A stretch of DNA of 64,000 nucleotides from an uncultured Flavobacteriaceae bacterium (GTDB taxonomy: Bacteria; Bacteroidota; Bacteroidia; Flavobacteriales; Weeksellaceae). Position numbers and translations under genes: made by a program. The notes beneath the pieces are model-generated. The model was not told the DNA's origin. It searched no databases and saw only the letters and a list, made by a program, of their open reading frames with translations. Positions 18,820 to 27,874 of the stretch are shown in pieces (the stretch's first letter is position 1; each line of letters opens with the position of its first letter). The stretch spans positions 3,888 through 67,887 of the forward strand of contig CAUPCB010000004.1 of NCBI GenBank assembly GCA_963509715.1, given 5' to 3'.

Positions 18820-19641
18820 TTATGCTTGTGATTTTTCTTCTTGTTTTTCTGCCTCCTCTTGTTTTTTTCGTTCCAGCTCTTGGTCGTATTCATGGAGGAG
18901 ATTGTGTTTTGGTGTCTGCTCTATGGCATTCATGATTTTATCCAAAATCTGTTCAGCGCTTTCGTTGTCGTAGTCTATGTCAAGCGGTTTTTTAAACTCC
19001 ATTGTCGGCTGCACGCCTGTCACTTTCAGTCTTAATCCTTTTTTGTCAAAAGCCCTACGGAAACCATTGATTTTCACTGGAATTACTATCGCTCTCTGCT
19101 GAAGGACAAGTTTCGCTGTTCCCTTTCTCCCAGGAGCAAAAGCAGCCGTAGTTCCCTGCGGGAAAGACACCACCCAACCGTTGTCCAGCGCTTTTAGGAT
19201 GTTTTCTACTTCGGACATATCTACTTTTCTATTTACATTCTGCCCGTTGGCACGCCAAGTTCTTTTCACGGTAACAGCACCTACCAGCTTAAAAATTCTC
19301 GTAAGAAGCCCTTTATTCATGGTTTCTTCCGCCGCCACATAGTAGAAATCTACTTTAGGATTGAGGATGTAAATAGGATTAGCAATTGTATTGATAAAGC
19401 CGTTATTTACTGCACAAAAGACATGATACATCGCTGCCACATCCGCAAAATAAGTCTGGTGATTGGAAACGAAAAGCACATTGGTCTTTGGTAAATCCAC
19501 CAAATGCTCTGTTCCTGTGATTTTCAGTTTATTAAAACCATTGAACCTTCGGTAAGAAACCAGCCCAAAGATAAACACCACCAATCTTTTCAAAATATAC
19601 CAGTTGCCAAAGGCATCTGTAAATATGTTTTTCTTTCCCAT
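18820..19641 (-). CDS. lysophospholipid (1-acyl-sn-glycerol-3-phosphate) acyltransferase family protein
   Basis: 273 aa. Acyltransferase box VSNHQTYFAD, FPQGT motif and an acidic/Lys-rich tail. Confidence 0.75.
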   Translation of the reverse strand: MGKKNIFTDAFGNWYILKRLVVFIFGLVSYRRFNGFNKLKITGTEHLVDLPKTNVLFVSNHQTYFADVAAMYHVFCAVNNGFINTIANPIYILNPKVDFYYVAAEETMNKGLLTRIFKLVGAVTVKRTWRANGQNVNRKVDMSEVENILKALDNGWVVSFPQGTTAAFAPGRKGTAKLVLQQRAIVIPVKINGFRRAFDKKGLRLKVTGVQPTMEFKKPLDIDYDNESAEQILDKIMNAIEQTPKHNLLHEYDQELERKKQEEAEKQEEKSQA

Positions 19642-19701
19642 TTTTTGATTTTAAAAACGAAATATAAAGCCCCAAATTTAAGGATTTTTCCCTTGCCGAA
19701 G

Positions 19702-19935
19702 TTAATTCAGCATTATTTTTTCAGCATATTTTTCTGTAAAAAGCTTTTTGTCCTCCTGCATTTTTTCCAAAGTCGCAGGCAGGCGGTAACCAAAAAGGAA
19801 CTTTCCTTCCTCATCTAGAAAGAGAATTTCCTTTTCCTCGCCATCTATCATCTGGGCGAAAATATCCCACATAGACTGGTCTTTCAGCTTTAATAATTCA
19901 AAAAACTCCTTGGCTTGGATATGTATAGTTTTCAT
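19702..19935 (-). CDS. hypothetical small protein (77 aa)
   Basis: The track ORF starts at TTG 19944, and the first ATG is at 19935. Composition looks coding, but I recognise no motif. Confidence 0.35.
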   Translation of the reverse strand: MKTIHIQAKEFFELLKLKDQSMWDIFAQMIDGEEKEILFLDEEGKFLFGYRLPATLEKMQEDKKLFTEKYAEKIMLN

Positions 19936-20038
19936 AAATTTCAAAATATTTAGAACTTACAAAAATATAAAAAAGAGAGGATATTTGTAATGTTTAATAT
20001 TTTTTATTACTTTCGTAATATCCTAAAATTTCTCAAAG

Positions 20039-22237
20039 ATGAGCACCGAAGAACAACAAGAGCGAATAGAAATCCTCAAAAGATACGATGACCTAATCCA
20101 CCACACCTACCGAAAGCTGAATGAGGAACAGCTGGAACTCATCAAAAAGGCTTTTGATGTAGCTTGGGATGCCCACAAAGACCAGCGCCGAAAGACTGGA
20201 GAACCCTACATTTTCCATCCCATAGCGGTGGCAAAAATCGTGGCTGAGGAAATAGGTCTAGGTGCTACCAGCATCGCGGCAGCGCTGCTTCATGATGTGA
20301 TAGAAGACAGCGACTACACCTATGAAGACATAGAAAAACTTTTCGGAAAGAAAATCGCTGATGTAGTAAATGGACTCACCAAAATTTCTGTGATGAATAA
20401 CCAAAACATCTCTGTGCAGTCCGAAAACTACCGAAAACTCCTGCTCACTCTATCAGATGATTTTAGGGTAATTCTGATCAAAATAGCTGACCGACTTCAC
20501 AACATGAGAACACTGGACAGCATGCGCCCAGACAAACAGAAAAAAATAGCCTCTGAGACCGTATATATCTACGCTCCTATGGCTCACAGGCTGGGACTTT
20601 ACAACATAAAATCTGAATTAGAGGATTTGTCCCTAAAATACAACATGCCCGAAATCTACAACGAGATTTCTGAAAAACTCATCGTAGCCAAAGAACATCG
20701 TGAAAGCTATGTACAGGAATTTATAGAGCATGTTTCTGAAAAACTGAAAGAAGAAAAACTCAATTTTAAGATTAAAGGAAGGGCGAAATCCATCAGCTCT
20801 ATTTATAGAAAAATGCTGAAACAGAACATTCCTTTTGAGGAAGTTTATGACAACTACGCCATCCGTGTCATCTACAAATCAGACTTTAAGAATGAAAAAT
20901 TCCTCGCTTGGAAAATTTATTCCATCATTACTGACCTCTATCACAGCAATCCTGCACGAATGCGGGACTGGATTACCCAGCCGAGAAGTACAGGCTATGA
21001 AAGTCTTCATTTGACTATCCTAGGGCCTGACAACAAGTGGGTGGAAGTGCAAATCCGAAGCGAGCGAATGGATGAAATCGCAGAAAAAGGTGTCGCTGCC
21101 CATTATAAATACAAAGAAGGTTTCAGCCAAAACTCTGATGATAAAAACTTTGAACAATGGGTAGTTCAGATTCGGGAAGTTTTGGACAACCAGCAATCGC
21201 TCTCCACCACGGAGCTTTTGGATAGCATTAAGCTAAATCTCTACTCCAAAGAAGTTTTTATTTTTACACCAAAAGGAGATGTCAAAATCCTTCCAAAAGG
21301 TGCAACAGCACTGGATTTTGCTTTCATGGTGCATTCTGAACTGGGAATGAAGTGCAGCGGTGCCAAAATCAACGGCAAACTGCAGCCGATAAGTTATGTC
21401 CTGAAAAATGGCGACCAGATAGACATCATCTCCTCGCCCAACCAAAAACCGAAAAAAGATTGGCTGGATTTTGTAGTAACTGCCAAGGCTCGTTCTAAAA
21501 TTAAGGCGGTTTTAAACTCGGAAAAAAACCAAAAAGTAGCCGAAGGAAAAGAAATTTTCCAAAGAAAACTGAGACACGCCAAAATCAACTTTACGGAAGA
21601 GGAACTCAATAATATTCAGAAATATTTTAACCTAAAAACCTCGCAGGATTTATTCCTGAAATTCTATGAGGGAACGCTGGACACTTCCAATTTAAAGGAA
21701 TATCTGGACAGCAAAAAAAGTTTCTTCGGAAGCCTTTTACAGCGGTTCCGAAAGGATAAAACCGAATTTGTAGAAACACCAAAGTCAGATTTAGACCTTA
21801 TTGTTTTTGGGCGAAATGAGGAAAAATTGTCCTATTCTTTTGCAAAATGTTGCACGGTAATCCCTGGCGATAAGATTTTTGGGTTTTTAACAATAAATGA
21901 TGGGATTAAAGTGCATAATGAAAACTGTCCCAATGCCATAAACCTCCGTGCAAACTATGACTATCGTGTGATGCTGGCAAAATGGGTGAACTCTGAAAGG
22001 TTCATCAATAACATCAAAATAGAACTCCAAGGAATGGACAGAATGGGAATAATAAATGATGTAGCATCCATTATCTCTAATAATATGCACATCGACATGA
22101 AAGGAATCTCAATCAACTCCATTGATGGAATTTTCATCGGAACCATCTCATTAGAAGTTAAAAACAAAAACCAGTTGGATGATTTATTGAAACAACTAGC
22201 ACAGATAGAAGGAATAAAAAAAGTAAAAAGATTATAA
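20039..22237 (+). CDS. relA: bifunctional (p)ppGpp synthetase/hydrolase (RelA/SpoT homologue)
   Basis: 732 aa. HD hydrolase domain (HPIAVA, LLHDVIED), synthetase domain (RAKSISSIYRKM, GYESLH), TGS domain and C-terminal ACT-like region. Confidence 0.95.
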   Translation: MSTEEQQERIEILKRYDDLIHHTYRKLNEEQLELIKKAFDVAWDAHKDQRRKTGEPYIFHPIAVAKIVAEEIGLGATSIAAALLHDVIEDSDYTYEDIEKLFGKKIADVVNGLTKISVMNNQNISVQSENYRKLLLTLSDDFRVILIKIADRLHNMRTLDSMRPDKQKKIASETVYIYAPMAHRLGLYNIKSELEDLSLKYNMPEIYNEISEKLIVAKEHRESYVQEFIEHVSEKLKEEKLNFKIKGRAKSISSIYRKMLKQNIPFEEVYDNYAIRVIYKSDFKNEKFLAWKIYSIITDLYHSNPARMRDWITQPRSTGYESLHLTILGPDNKWVEVQIRSERMDEIAEKGVAAHYKYKEGFSQNSDDKNFEQWVVQIREVLDNQQSLSTTELLDSIKLNLYSKEVFIFTPKGDVKILPKGATALDFAFMVHSELGMKCSGAKINGKLQPISYVLKNGDQIDIISSPNQKPKKDWLDFVVTAKARSKIKAVLNSEKNQKVAEGKEIFQRKLRHAKINFTEEELNNIQKYFNLKTSQDLFLKFYEGTLDTSNLKEYLDSKKSFFGSLLQRFRKDKTEFVETPKSDLDLIVFGRNEEKLSYSFAKCCTVIPGDKIFGFLTINDGIKVHNENCPNAINLRANYDYRVMLAKWVNSERFINNIKIELQGMDRMGIINDVASIISNNMHIDMKGISINSIDGIFIGTISLEVKNKNQLDDLLKQLAQIEGIKKVKRL

Positions 22238-22266
22238 AAAAACGCCCTTTTTTAGGGCGTTTATAT
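22236..22266. terminator. bidirectional terminator between relA and the lipoprotein gene
   Basis: AACGCCCT (22241-22248) pairs with AGGGCGTT (22254-22261), flanked by A and T runs, between convergent genes. Confidence 0.8.
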
Positions 22267-22268
22267 TT

Positions 22269-22898
22269 TTATTTCTTTGCTCCGTAAGGCATTTTCTTAC
22301 TTGCATTTCTCAGAAGGTTTTCTACAATATCGCTATGACTGCTTCTCCACCCACCTGAATATTTATTACTGTAATTCCAAAATATTTTATCAGTATTTCT
22401 GTCATAAATATTCATATCTGCGGTGATTTCATTCGTTGTTCCCTCATAATCAAGCAAAACAGAAGCCGCCACTGCCACTCCCTGCGGCATAGGTTTAGTC
22501 AATACATAATTAGAACTTACAACAGCATCTACTCCTAGAATAGCGCATATTTCGCTCTTTGTCAGTTCTTTTTCAGGGTATCCTGCTCTTTTTAGTTTTG
22601 TGTTGGTCGTTTCTATATCTTGTATTTCTTGGCTCACATTATTCTGAGAAAATCTCTTCAAAAACCAAGCATACATTTCCTTCTGAAAATTAGCCGATTC
22701 CTGCTCCTTAGACTGGTCAAAACGCCCTGTATATTTACCTTCAAGCATAGAAACTTTAGGCGGCAAAATGGCTATTTTCTTCTGACTGGATGTTACTGCC
22801 AATAGGTCATTAGAATTATAAACTTTTGCTCCGCTACATGACATAAAAAGCATCAACAAAACTCCCAATATGGAAGTACCTTTAATAAATGTTCTCAT
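22269..22898 (-). CDS. hypothetical lipoprotein
   Basis: 209 aa. Signal peptide plus lipobox (LFMSCS). No catalytic motif recognised. Confidence 0.5.
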   Translation of the reverse strand: MRTFIKGTSILGVLLMLFMSCSGAKVYNSNDLLAVTSSQKKIAILPPKVSMLEGKYTGRFDQSKEQESANFQKEMYAWFLKRFSQNNVSQEIQDIETTNTKLKRAGYPEKELTKSEICAILGVDAVVSSNYVLTKPMPQGVAVAASVLLDYEGTTNEITADMNIYDRNTDKIFWNYSNKYSGGWRSSHSDIVENLLRNASKKMPYGAKK

Positions 22899-22974
22899 AA
22901 CTAAAAATATTATTATTTCCTACAAATTTACCATTATTTGAGGATTTTTCAAAATGAATAATCATGATTTTTGT

Positions 22975-22982
22975 TATATTTG
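22975..22982 (+). promoter_or_regulatory. -7 box (TATATTTG) upstream of nhaA
   Basis: TAnnTTTG match 36 nt upstream of ATG 23018. Confidence 0.4.
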
Positions 22983-23017
22983 TAACTCTTAAAGTTCAAT
23001 TTTAAAAATAATTAAAA

Positions 23018-24172
23018 ATGCGTATAACAAAATTTTTTAAAGAATTTTTCTCAAACAGCCAGTCCTCAGGGGTTTTATTGGTTTTATGTGTTACCATTTC
23101 TCTGATGATAGCCAACTGTGAGGCAGCAACTGGATTTCAGGCTGTTTTGGATAAAATGATAGGTCTATATTCTGTAAGTATGTGGATAAATGACGGTCTG
23201 ATGGCGGTTTTCTTCCTTTTAGTAGGTTTAGAAATAAAACGAGAACTTCTCAAAGGCGAACTTTCTAACTTCAAAAACGCCTCGCTTCCTATTTTCGCGG
23301 CGATTGGCGGAATGATAGTTCCAGCGATTATTTTTACTATTTTCAATCATGGTACGGAATACAGCAATGGCTGGGCTATTCCTATGGCTACGGATATCGC
23401 CTTTTCGCTGGCTATTGTTTCTATGCTGGGAAAAAGCGTCCCTTCTGCGATAAAAGTATTTTTGGCTGCTTTAGCGATTGTGGATGACTTAGGAGCGATT
23501 GTAGTAATTGCGATTTTCTATACAGACGAAATTCATTGGAATTACCTTGCTTACAGCGGTTTAGTCATCATTTTACTTGCAGCATTAAATTATTTTAAAG
23601 TTAAAAAGCATATTTTTTATCTAATTCCAGGGGCATTTTTATGGTATTTCATGCACCATTCTGGTATTCATGCTACCATAGCAGGAGTTATTTTAGCATT
23701 TACTATTCCTGCTAATTCAGAAAACGAATCAGAACCTTCTCCATTAGAGAAGTTAGAACATACTTTACACCTTCCTGTGAGCTATGCTATCATGCCGATT
23801 TTCGCGCTTGCAAATACCAATATCACTTTTAAAAGTGGCATGGTAGACGGGCTGTTTTCAAACTTTGGATATGGAATAGTATTGGGTCTTATTTTAGGAA
23901 AACTTATTGGGATTAACCTATTCTCTTTCATCGCTATAAAACTGAAAATCAGCAGCCTTCCTGACCGAAGCCGATGGATTCACATGGCAGGAGCTGGACT
24001 TTTGGCGGGGATAGGTTTTACGATGTCTATTTTCATCGCACTGCTTTCTTTTAAAGACAGCCAAGAGCTGCAGGATTCAGCCAAATTTGCCATCCTTACA
24101 GCCTCTATACTAGCGGGTAGTTTAGGATATTTACTTCTAAAAAACACAGCTAAAAACGATAATTCTATTTAA
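23018..24172 (+). CDS. nhaA: Na+/H+ antiporter NhaA
   Basis: 384 aa, polytopic. Has WINDGLMAVFFLLVGLEIKRE and AIVDDLGAI motifs typical of NhaA. Confidence 0.9.
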   Translation: MRITKFFKEFFSNSQSSGVLLVLCVTISLMIANCEAATGFQAVLDKMIGLYSVSMWINDGLMAVFFLLVGLEIKRELLKGELSNFKNASLPIFAAIGGMIVPAIIFTIFNHGTEYSNGWAIPMATDIAFSLAIVSMLGKSVPSAIKVFLAALAIVDDLGAIVVIAIFYTDEIHWNYLAYSGLVIILLAALNYFKVKKHIFYLIPGAFLWYFMHHSGIHATIAGVILAFTIPANSENESEPSPLEKLEHTLHLPVSYAIMPIFALANTNITFKSGMVDGLFSNFGYGIVLGLILGKLIGINLFSFIAIKLKISSLPDRSRWIHMAGAGLLAGIGFTMSIFIALLSFKDSQELQDSAKFAILTASILAGSLGYLLLKNTAKNDNSI

Positions 24173-24186
24173 TTTTTAAAAGAAAT

Positions 24187-24222
24187 AAAAAGAGCAGCTA
24201 AAAATTTTAGCTGCTCTTTTAT
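24187..24222. terminator. bidirectional terminator between nhaA and yihY
   Basis: AGAGCAGCTAAAA pairs with TTTTAGCTGCTCT (24191-24217), flanked by A and T runs. Confidence 0.8.
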
Positions 24223-24236
24223 TTATAATATTTAAA

Positions 24237-25184
24237 CTATATCTGAAAATCTATTTTTTCGTCTTGAACACTGCTATTTTTCTGCTTGTTAGAATCGTGT
24301 ATTCGTTTTATAGCTAAATTCAACTCATTTCCAAACATTATCAGCACCACATTCACATCCACCCAAATCATCAATAAAATCATAGAACCTACAGAGCCAT
24401 AAAGGACATTATACCTCGCTATTTCACTAACATAAAATGCAAAAACATAAGTAACCACCATAAACAAAACCGTGGTAAGAATAGCCCCTGGTATAGATTG
24501 TTTAAACCTTGTAATTTCCACAGAACCAACCCAATACAAAAGCGACAGTGCCAGACAATAAACCAAAGGAAAGGAAAAGTATCCGATAATTATCGTTAAA
24601 TTAGAAAAAAACCAATTACTCGGATATTCGGGCATCAGTAATTTAAAAACGACTTCGGCGTAATAAATTCCCAAAAGACACATCACGATAGCCACTGTAA
24701 AACTTGCCGTAATTAAAAACGCCAGCAAATACTCCCTAATCATCCCTCTCTGCGTATCCGTATCATGGTTAAAGCCATTGATAAGGGCATAAGTCCCATT
24801 CGTAGCAAAAATAAGCACCAAAGCAATGGTAAACAAGCTCATCTGCGCAATATTTGGCATGATGTTTTGTTCAATATACCCTGTCACATCTTCCAGCATA
24901 TGGTCTGGCAGGATACGAGGCATCAGTTCATTAAAAATATAATGATAAAGCTCCTCATAATGAGGCAAGTATGGTAAAACCGAAAGAATAAACAAAATAA
25001 GTGGAAAAAGACTTAAAAAAAAGCCCCAAGAAACGCTAGATGCCCGTCTGATAATCTGTTTCTGAAATATTCCTCCCACATAAATTTCTAAAAGCCCCCA
25101 AAGAGAAATATCCAGCACTGGTAAATGAATTCCATCTAAAAAACTGTGGATTTTCTGAAATATTTTGAACTTTTTTATCTCCAT
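24237..25184 (-). CDS. YihY/BrkB family membrane protein
   Basis: Polytopic protein with an FFLSLFPLILF-type YihY signature. The track start at 25223 abuts the rlmH ATG, so the ATG at 25184 (MEIKKFKIF) was chosen as the more plausible start. Confidence 0.75.
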   Translation of the reverse strand: MEIKKFKIFQKIHSFLDGIHLPVLDISLWGLLEIYVGGIFQKQIIRRASSVSWGFFLSLFPLILFILSVLPYLPHYEELYHYIFNELMPRILPDHMLEDVTGYIEQNIMPNIAQMSLFTIALVLIFATNGTYALINGFNHDTDTQRGMIREYLLAFLITASFTVAIVMCLLGIYYAEVVFKLLMPEYPSNWFFSNLTIIIGYFSFPLVYCLALSLLYWVGSVEITRFKQSIPGAILTTVLFMVVTYVFAFYVSEIARYNVLYGSVGSMILLMIWVDVNVVLIMFGNELNLAIKRIHDSNKQKNSSVQDEKIDFQI

Positions 25185-25190
25185 TTTATT

Positions 25191-25198
25191 TACATTTG
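25191..25198 (+). promoter_or_regulatory. -7 box (TACATTTG) upstream of rlmH
   Basis: TAnnTTTG match 26 nt upstream of ATG 25224. Confidence 0.4.
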
Positions 25199-25223
25199 CA
25201 GACCGCAAATATACAGAAACCAT

Positions 25224-25697
25224 ATGAAATTCAATCTCATTTGTATAGGAAAAACCGATGACCGCGAGATTACAAACCTTATTTCCAATTATTTACCACG
25301 CATTCCGAAACATTGGAATTTTGAAATTATAGAAATTCCCGATGTGAAAAACGCAAAAAATCTATCACCAGATTTACTGAAAAAAGAGGAAGCGAAATTG
25401 TTTCTAAACCAAATTGACAATGCAGATTTGGTCATTCTTTTAGATGAAAGAGGGAAAGAATTTACGAGCCGACAGTTTTCAGAAAAAATAGATTTTTGGC
25501 TCGGTTCATCAGTCAAAAAAGTGAACTTCCTTATCGGCGGCGCCTATGGTTTTTCTGATGAAATATACCAAAGAGCCAATGAGAAAATTTCTCTCTCAAA
25601 AATGACTTTCACACACCAGATGATTCGGTTGTTTTTCGTTGAGCAAATCTATCGTGCTTCTACTATTTTACAGGGAAAACCCTATCATAATGATTAA
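25224..25697 (+). CDS. rlmH: 23S rRNA (pseudouridine1915-N3)-methyltransferase RlmH
   Basis: The track ORF (25146) is over-extended. MKFNLICIGK starts at ATG 25224, downstream of the TACATTTG box. SPOUT C-terminus FLIGGAYGF...HQMIRL. Confidence 0.9.
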   Translation: MKFNLICIGKTDDREITNLISNYLPRIPKHWNFEIIEIPDVKNAKNLSPDLLKKEEAKLFLNQIDNADLVILLDERGKEFTSRQFSEKIDFWLGSSVKKVNFLIGGAYGFSDEIYQRANEKISLSKMTFTHQMIRLFFVEQIYRASTILQGKPYHND

Positions 25698-25703
25698 CTT
25701 ATT

Positions 25704-26030
25704 TTATAAATTCCAATAACTCCATTTCGTTTTCACAGCCATAGGATTTTCCCTGCTCAATTTACTATAAAATTCTTTGAAATTTTTATTCCAAATAGTG
25801 TAATTATTAGCAAATCGAAATATGGCTTCCGCGCCTTCTATTCCTACACTAATTTGCCATATTCTTATTTTATTGATACTCATAGATGTCTTTTTAAGTT
25901 CGGCTATTTGAGTAAAAGGAACTTTTACTGCCTTTCTATTTTTAGCAATAATATATAAATTATTATCATCAAAATAAAAACTTTCATCACTAATAAATCT
26001 ACCTTCCAATCCAAAAAGAAAAGGTCTCAA
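25704..26030 (-). CDS. hypothetical protein; probable C-terminal part of a gene split at an A8 tract
   Basis: 108 aa. The annotated start is TTG, with no independent ATG or RBS context. Overlaps the upstream ORF by 32 nt. Confidence 0.4.
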   Translation of the reverse strand: MRPFLFGLEGRFISDESFYFDDNNLYIIAKNRKAVKVPFTQIAELKKTSMSINKIRIWQISVGIEGAEAIFRFANNYTIWNKNFKEFYSKLSRENPMAVKTKWSYWNL

Positions 26031-26259
26031 TGAGATTTTTTTTCAACTGAGCTATGTCTATGTCTTCCTGCAAATTATTAAACAGCATTTCATTATTCTT
26101 CTTCCAATCTCCATTATAATAATTAAAAAGTTCCCAAGTCATGTAAATAAAAAAACATATACTCAAAAACAGCATATAGAAAACATTGTTTTCCAGCCTA
26201 GATAGAATAAATATTCCTAAAATATACACTAAAAATACTACAGCTATTCTTCTTATCAT
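25999..26259 (-). CDS. hypothetical two-TM membrane protein; probable N-terminal part of a gene split at an A8 tract
   Basis: 86 aa with an ATG start and two hydrophobic helices. The frame ends 12 codons after the A8 run at 26036-26043. Confidence 0.4.
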   Translation of the reverse strand: MIRRIAVVFLVYILGIFILSRLENNVFYMLFLSICFFIYMTWELFNYYNGDWKKNNEMLFNNLQEDIDIAQLKKNLIETFSFWIGR

Positions 26260-26276
26260 TTCTATTATTTTGAAAT

Positions 26277-26302
26277 AAAAAAGAGAGGTTTTTAACCTCT
26301 CT
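26277..26302 (-). terminator. intrinsic terminator after the ompA-family gene
   Basis: AGAGAGGTT (26282-26290) pairs with AACCTCTCT (26294-26302). A5 at 26277-26281 is the U-run on the minus strand. Confidence 0.7.
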
Positions 26303-26309
26303 TTTCACT

Positions 26310-27623
26310 TTATTTTGATGCTATATGTGATTCCTTACCTGAGTCATTAGTCAATTCAAATGTAACTCTTCTCACTAATCTTCTAGCTCCTGCAGACTTA
26401 GCTTTAGTTTTCTTATCTATTCCCTTACCTTGAGATGCTAGTCTTGATGTATCTACTCCCATCTCAACCAATAACTGCTTAACTGCATCTGCTCTCTTCT
26501 TAGATAGTTTCTCATTGTATCCTGCATTACCTACTTGGTCTGTGTAACCTATTATATTAAGTTTAGCATCTGGATTTTGTTTCAAATAGTTTGCTACGAA
26601 ACCTACCGCCCACAATGAACCATCCTGAGGCTCAGAAGAATCAAATCCAAAGTAAGCGTTAACATATCCTTTTTCTATAAGCTCTTTAGCTGGATCTACA
26701 CTTTCTACAATAATATTATTGTTATTTGTATTTTGGTTATTGTTTGATGCTATACTGCTGTTGTTTACATCTCCATTTTCATCATCATCAAAATCATTTT
26801 GATCATCAGATTTCACATTATTATTAGCAAGTCTAGGATCTTTATCAGATTCTATACGCTGACCATTTGCTGTTATATCACTTCCTCCTCTTGTTATATG
26901 GTTATCTACTGTTTTTTCATTTTGAGCAACTTTTTTATCTTTTTCCTTTTCCTCTCTTTTTACACCATACCAATCAGCATGAACTCGTTTTTTACCTAAA
27001 GCAATTTGAAGACCTGCTGTAGCTGTAAAATTAAGCCCTTGGAAATTAACATTTCTCATTGGAGTTACATTAGGATCTTTTGTTAAACTCTCTCCATTGA
27101 AAGTATAATGCTGTGTCAAATACCAATTGAATGTACCACTCAAAAGCAATGTTACTCTATCACTAAGACGAACTTGAGGTGTGATACCAAATGTAATAAT
27201 TCCTAAGTTATCAACTCCTTTAAAGCTTTTTGATGTCATATATCCATACCCTACTCCAAAGTGACCTAATAAACCTATATTTTTAGTAAACTCTTCAAAA
27301 GCCAAAACACGCCCTAAATTAGCCACCCCTTGAATATTTACATTCCATATTCTAGTAGCAAATTTAGGAGAATTTCCTGCATGCTGAAGCTGGTCAAATC
27401 CTCCACCTAAACGAAGACCAAATTTATTATTGAACATGTAACGAATACCTCCATTTGTAGTCCAAACATTCGGAACTGAAGCGAAATATCCTTCAGAAAA
27501 ACCTGAAGAAGATAATATACTTACCCCTCCACTTGCATCAATAGACCACTTGTTATAATCTTGAGCATTAACACCCAAAGAAAGTAAGATAGTCATAACA
27601 AAAGCTAAGAATTGTCTTTTCAT
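26310..27623 (-). CDS. OmpA family outer membrane protein (beta-barrel + Asn/Asp-rich linker + OmpA_C peptidoglycan-binding domain)
   Basis: 437 aa. Signal peptide, N-terminal barrel-like region and C-terminal OmpA domain (GYTDQVGNAGYNEKLSKKRADAV). Confidence 0.85.
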   Translation of the reverse strand: MKRQFLAFVMTILLSLGVNAQDYNKWSIDASGGVSILSSSGFSEGYFASVPNVWTTNGGIRYMFNNKFGLRLGGGFDQLQHAGNSPKFATRIWNVNIQGVANLGRVLAFEEFTKNIGLLGHFGVGYGYMTSKSFKGVDNLGIITFGITPQVRLSDRVTLLLSGTFNWYLTQHYTFNGESLTKDPNVTPMRNVNFQGLNFTATAGLQIALGKKRVHADWYGVKREEKEKDKKVAQNEKTVDNHITRGGSDITANGQRIESDKDPRLANNNVKSDDQNDFDDDENGDVNNSSIASNNNQNTNNNNIIVESVDPAKELIEKGYVNAYFGFDSSEPQDGSLWAVGFVANYLKQNPDAKLNIIGYTDQVGNAGYNEKLSKKRADAVKQLLVEMGVDTSRLASQGKGIDKKTKAKSAGARRLVRRVTFELTNDSGKESHIASK

Positions 27624-27710
27624 AATCTATATTTTAATTTATAGTAAACCTAATTGTTTCAGTTAAAGAAAACAACCCACTTTATGACCCAGTGAGTATA
27701 ATTCATTGAG

Positions 27711-27718
27711 CAAATATA
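27711..27718 (-). promoter_or_regulatory. -7 box (TATATTTG) upstream of the ompA-family gene
   Basis: TAnnTTTG match on the minus strand, 88 nt upstream of ATG 27623. Confidence 0.4.
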
Positions 27719-27775
27719 CAAAAAAAATACATATCTACCTAATAATCACCTAAAAAAAATCATTTTTTCTGCATA

Positions 27776-27811
27776 AATTTACATATGTTTTGCTTTATTT
27801 ACATATGTAAA
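27776..27811. promoter_or_regulatory. two copies of ATTTACATATGT spaced 20 bp apart, the second inside a perfect 14-bp palindrome; candidate operator upstream of the ompA-family gene
   Basis: aATTTACATATGT at 27776-27788 and tATTTACATATGT at 27796-27808. TTTACATATGTAAA (27798-27811) is its own reverse complement. Confidence 0.3.
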
Positions 27812-27874
27812 TAATCAATGAAAGTCTTCTATTTATAGGCTTTTATGACTTTTCTTGATTAAAATGAAAAAAAA

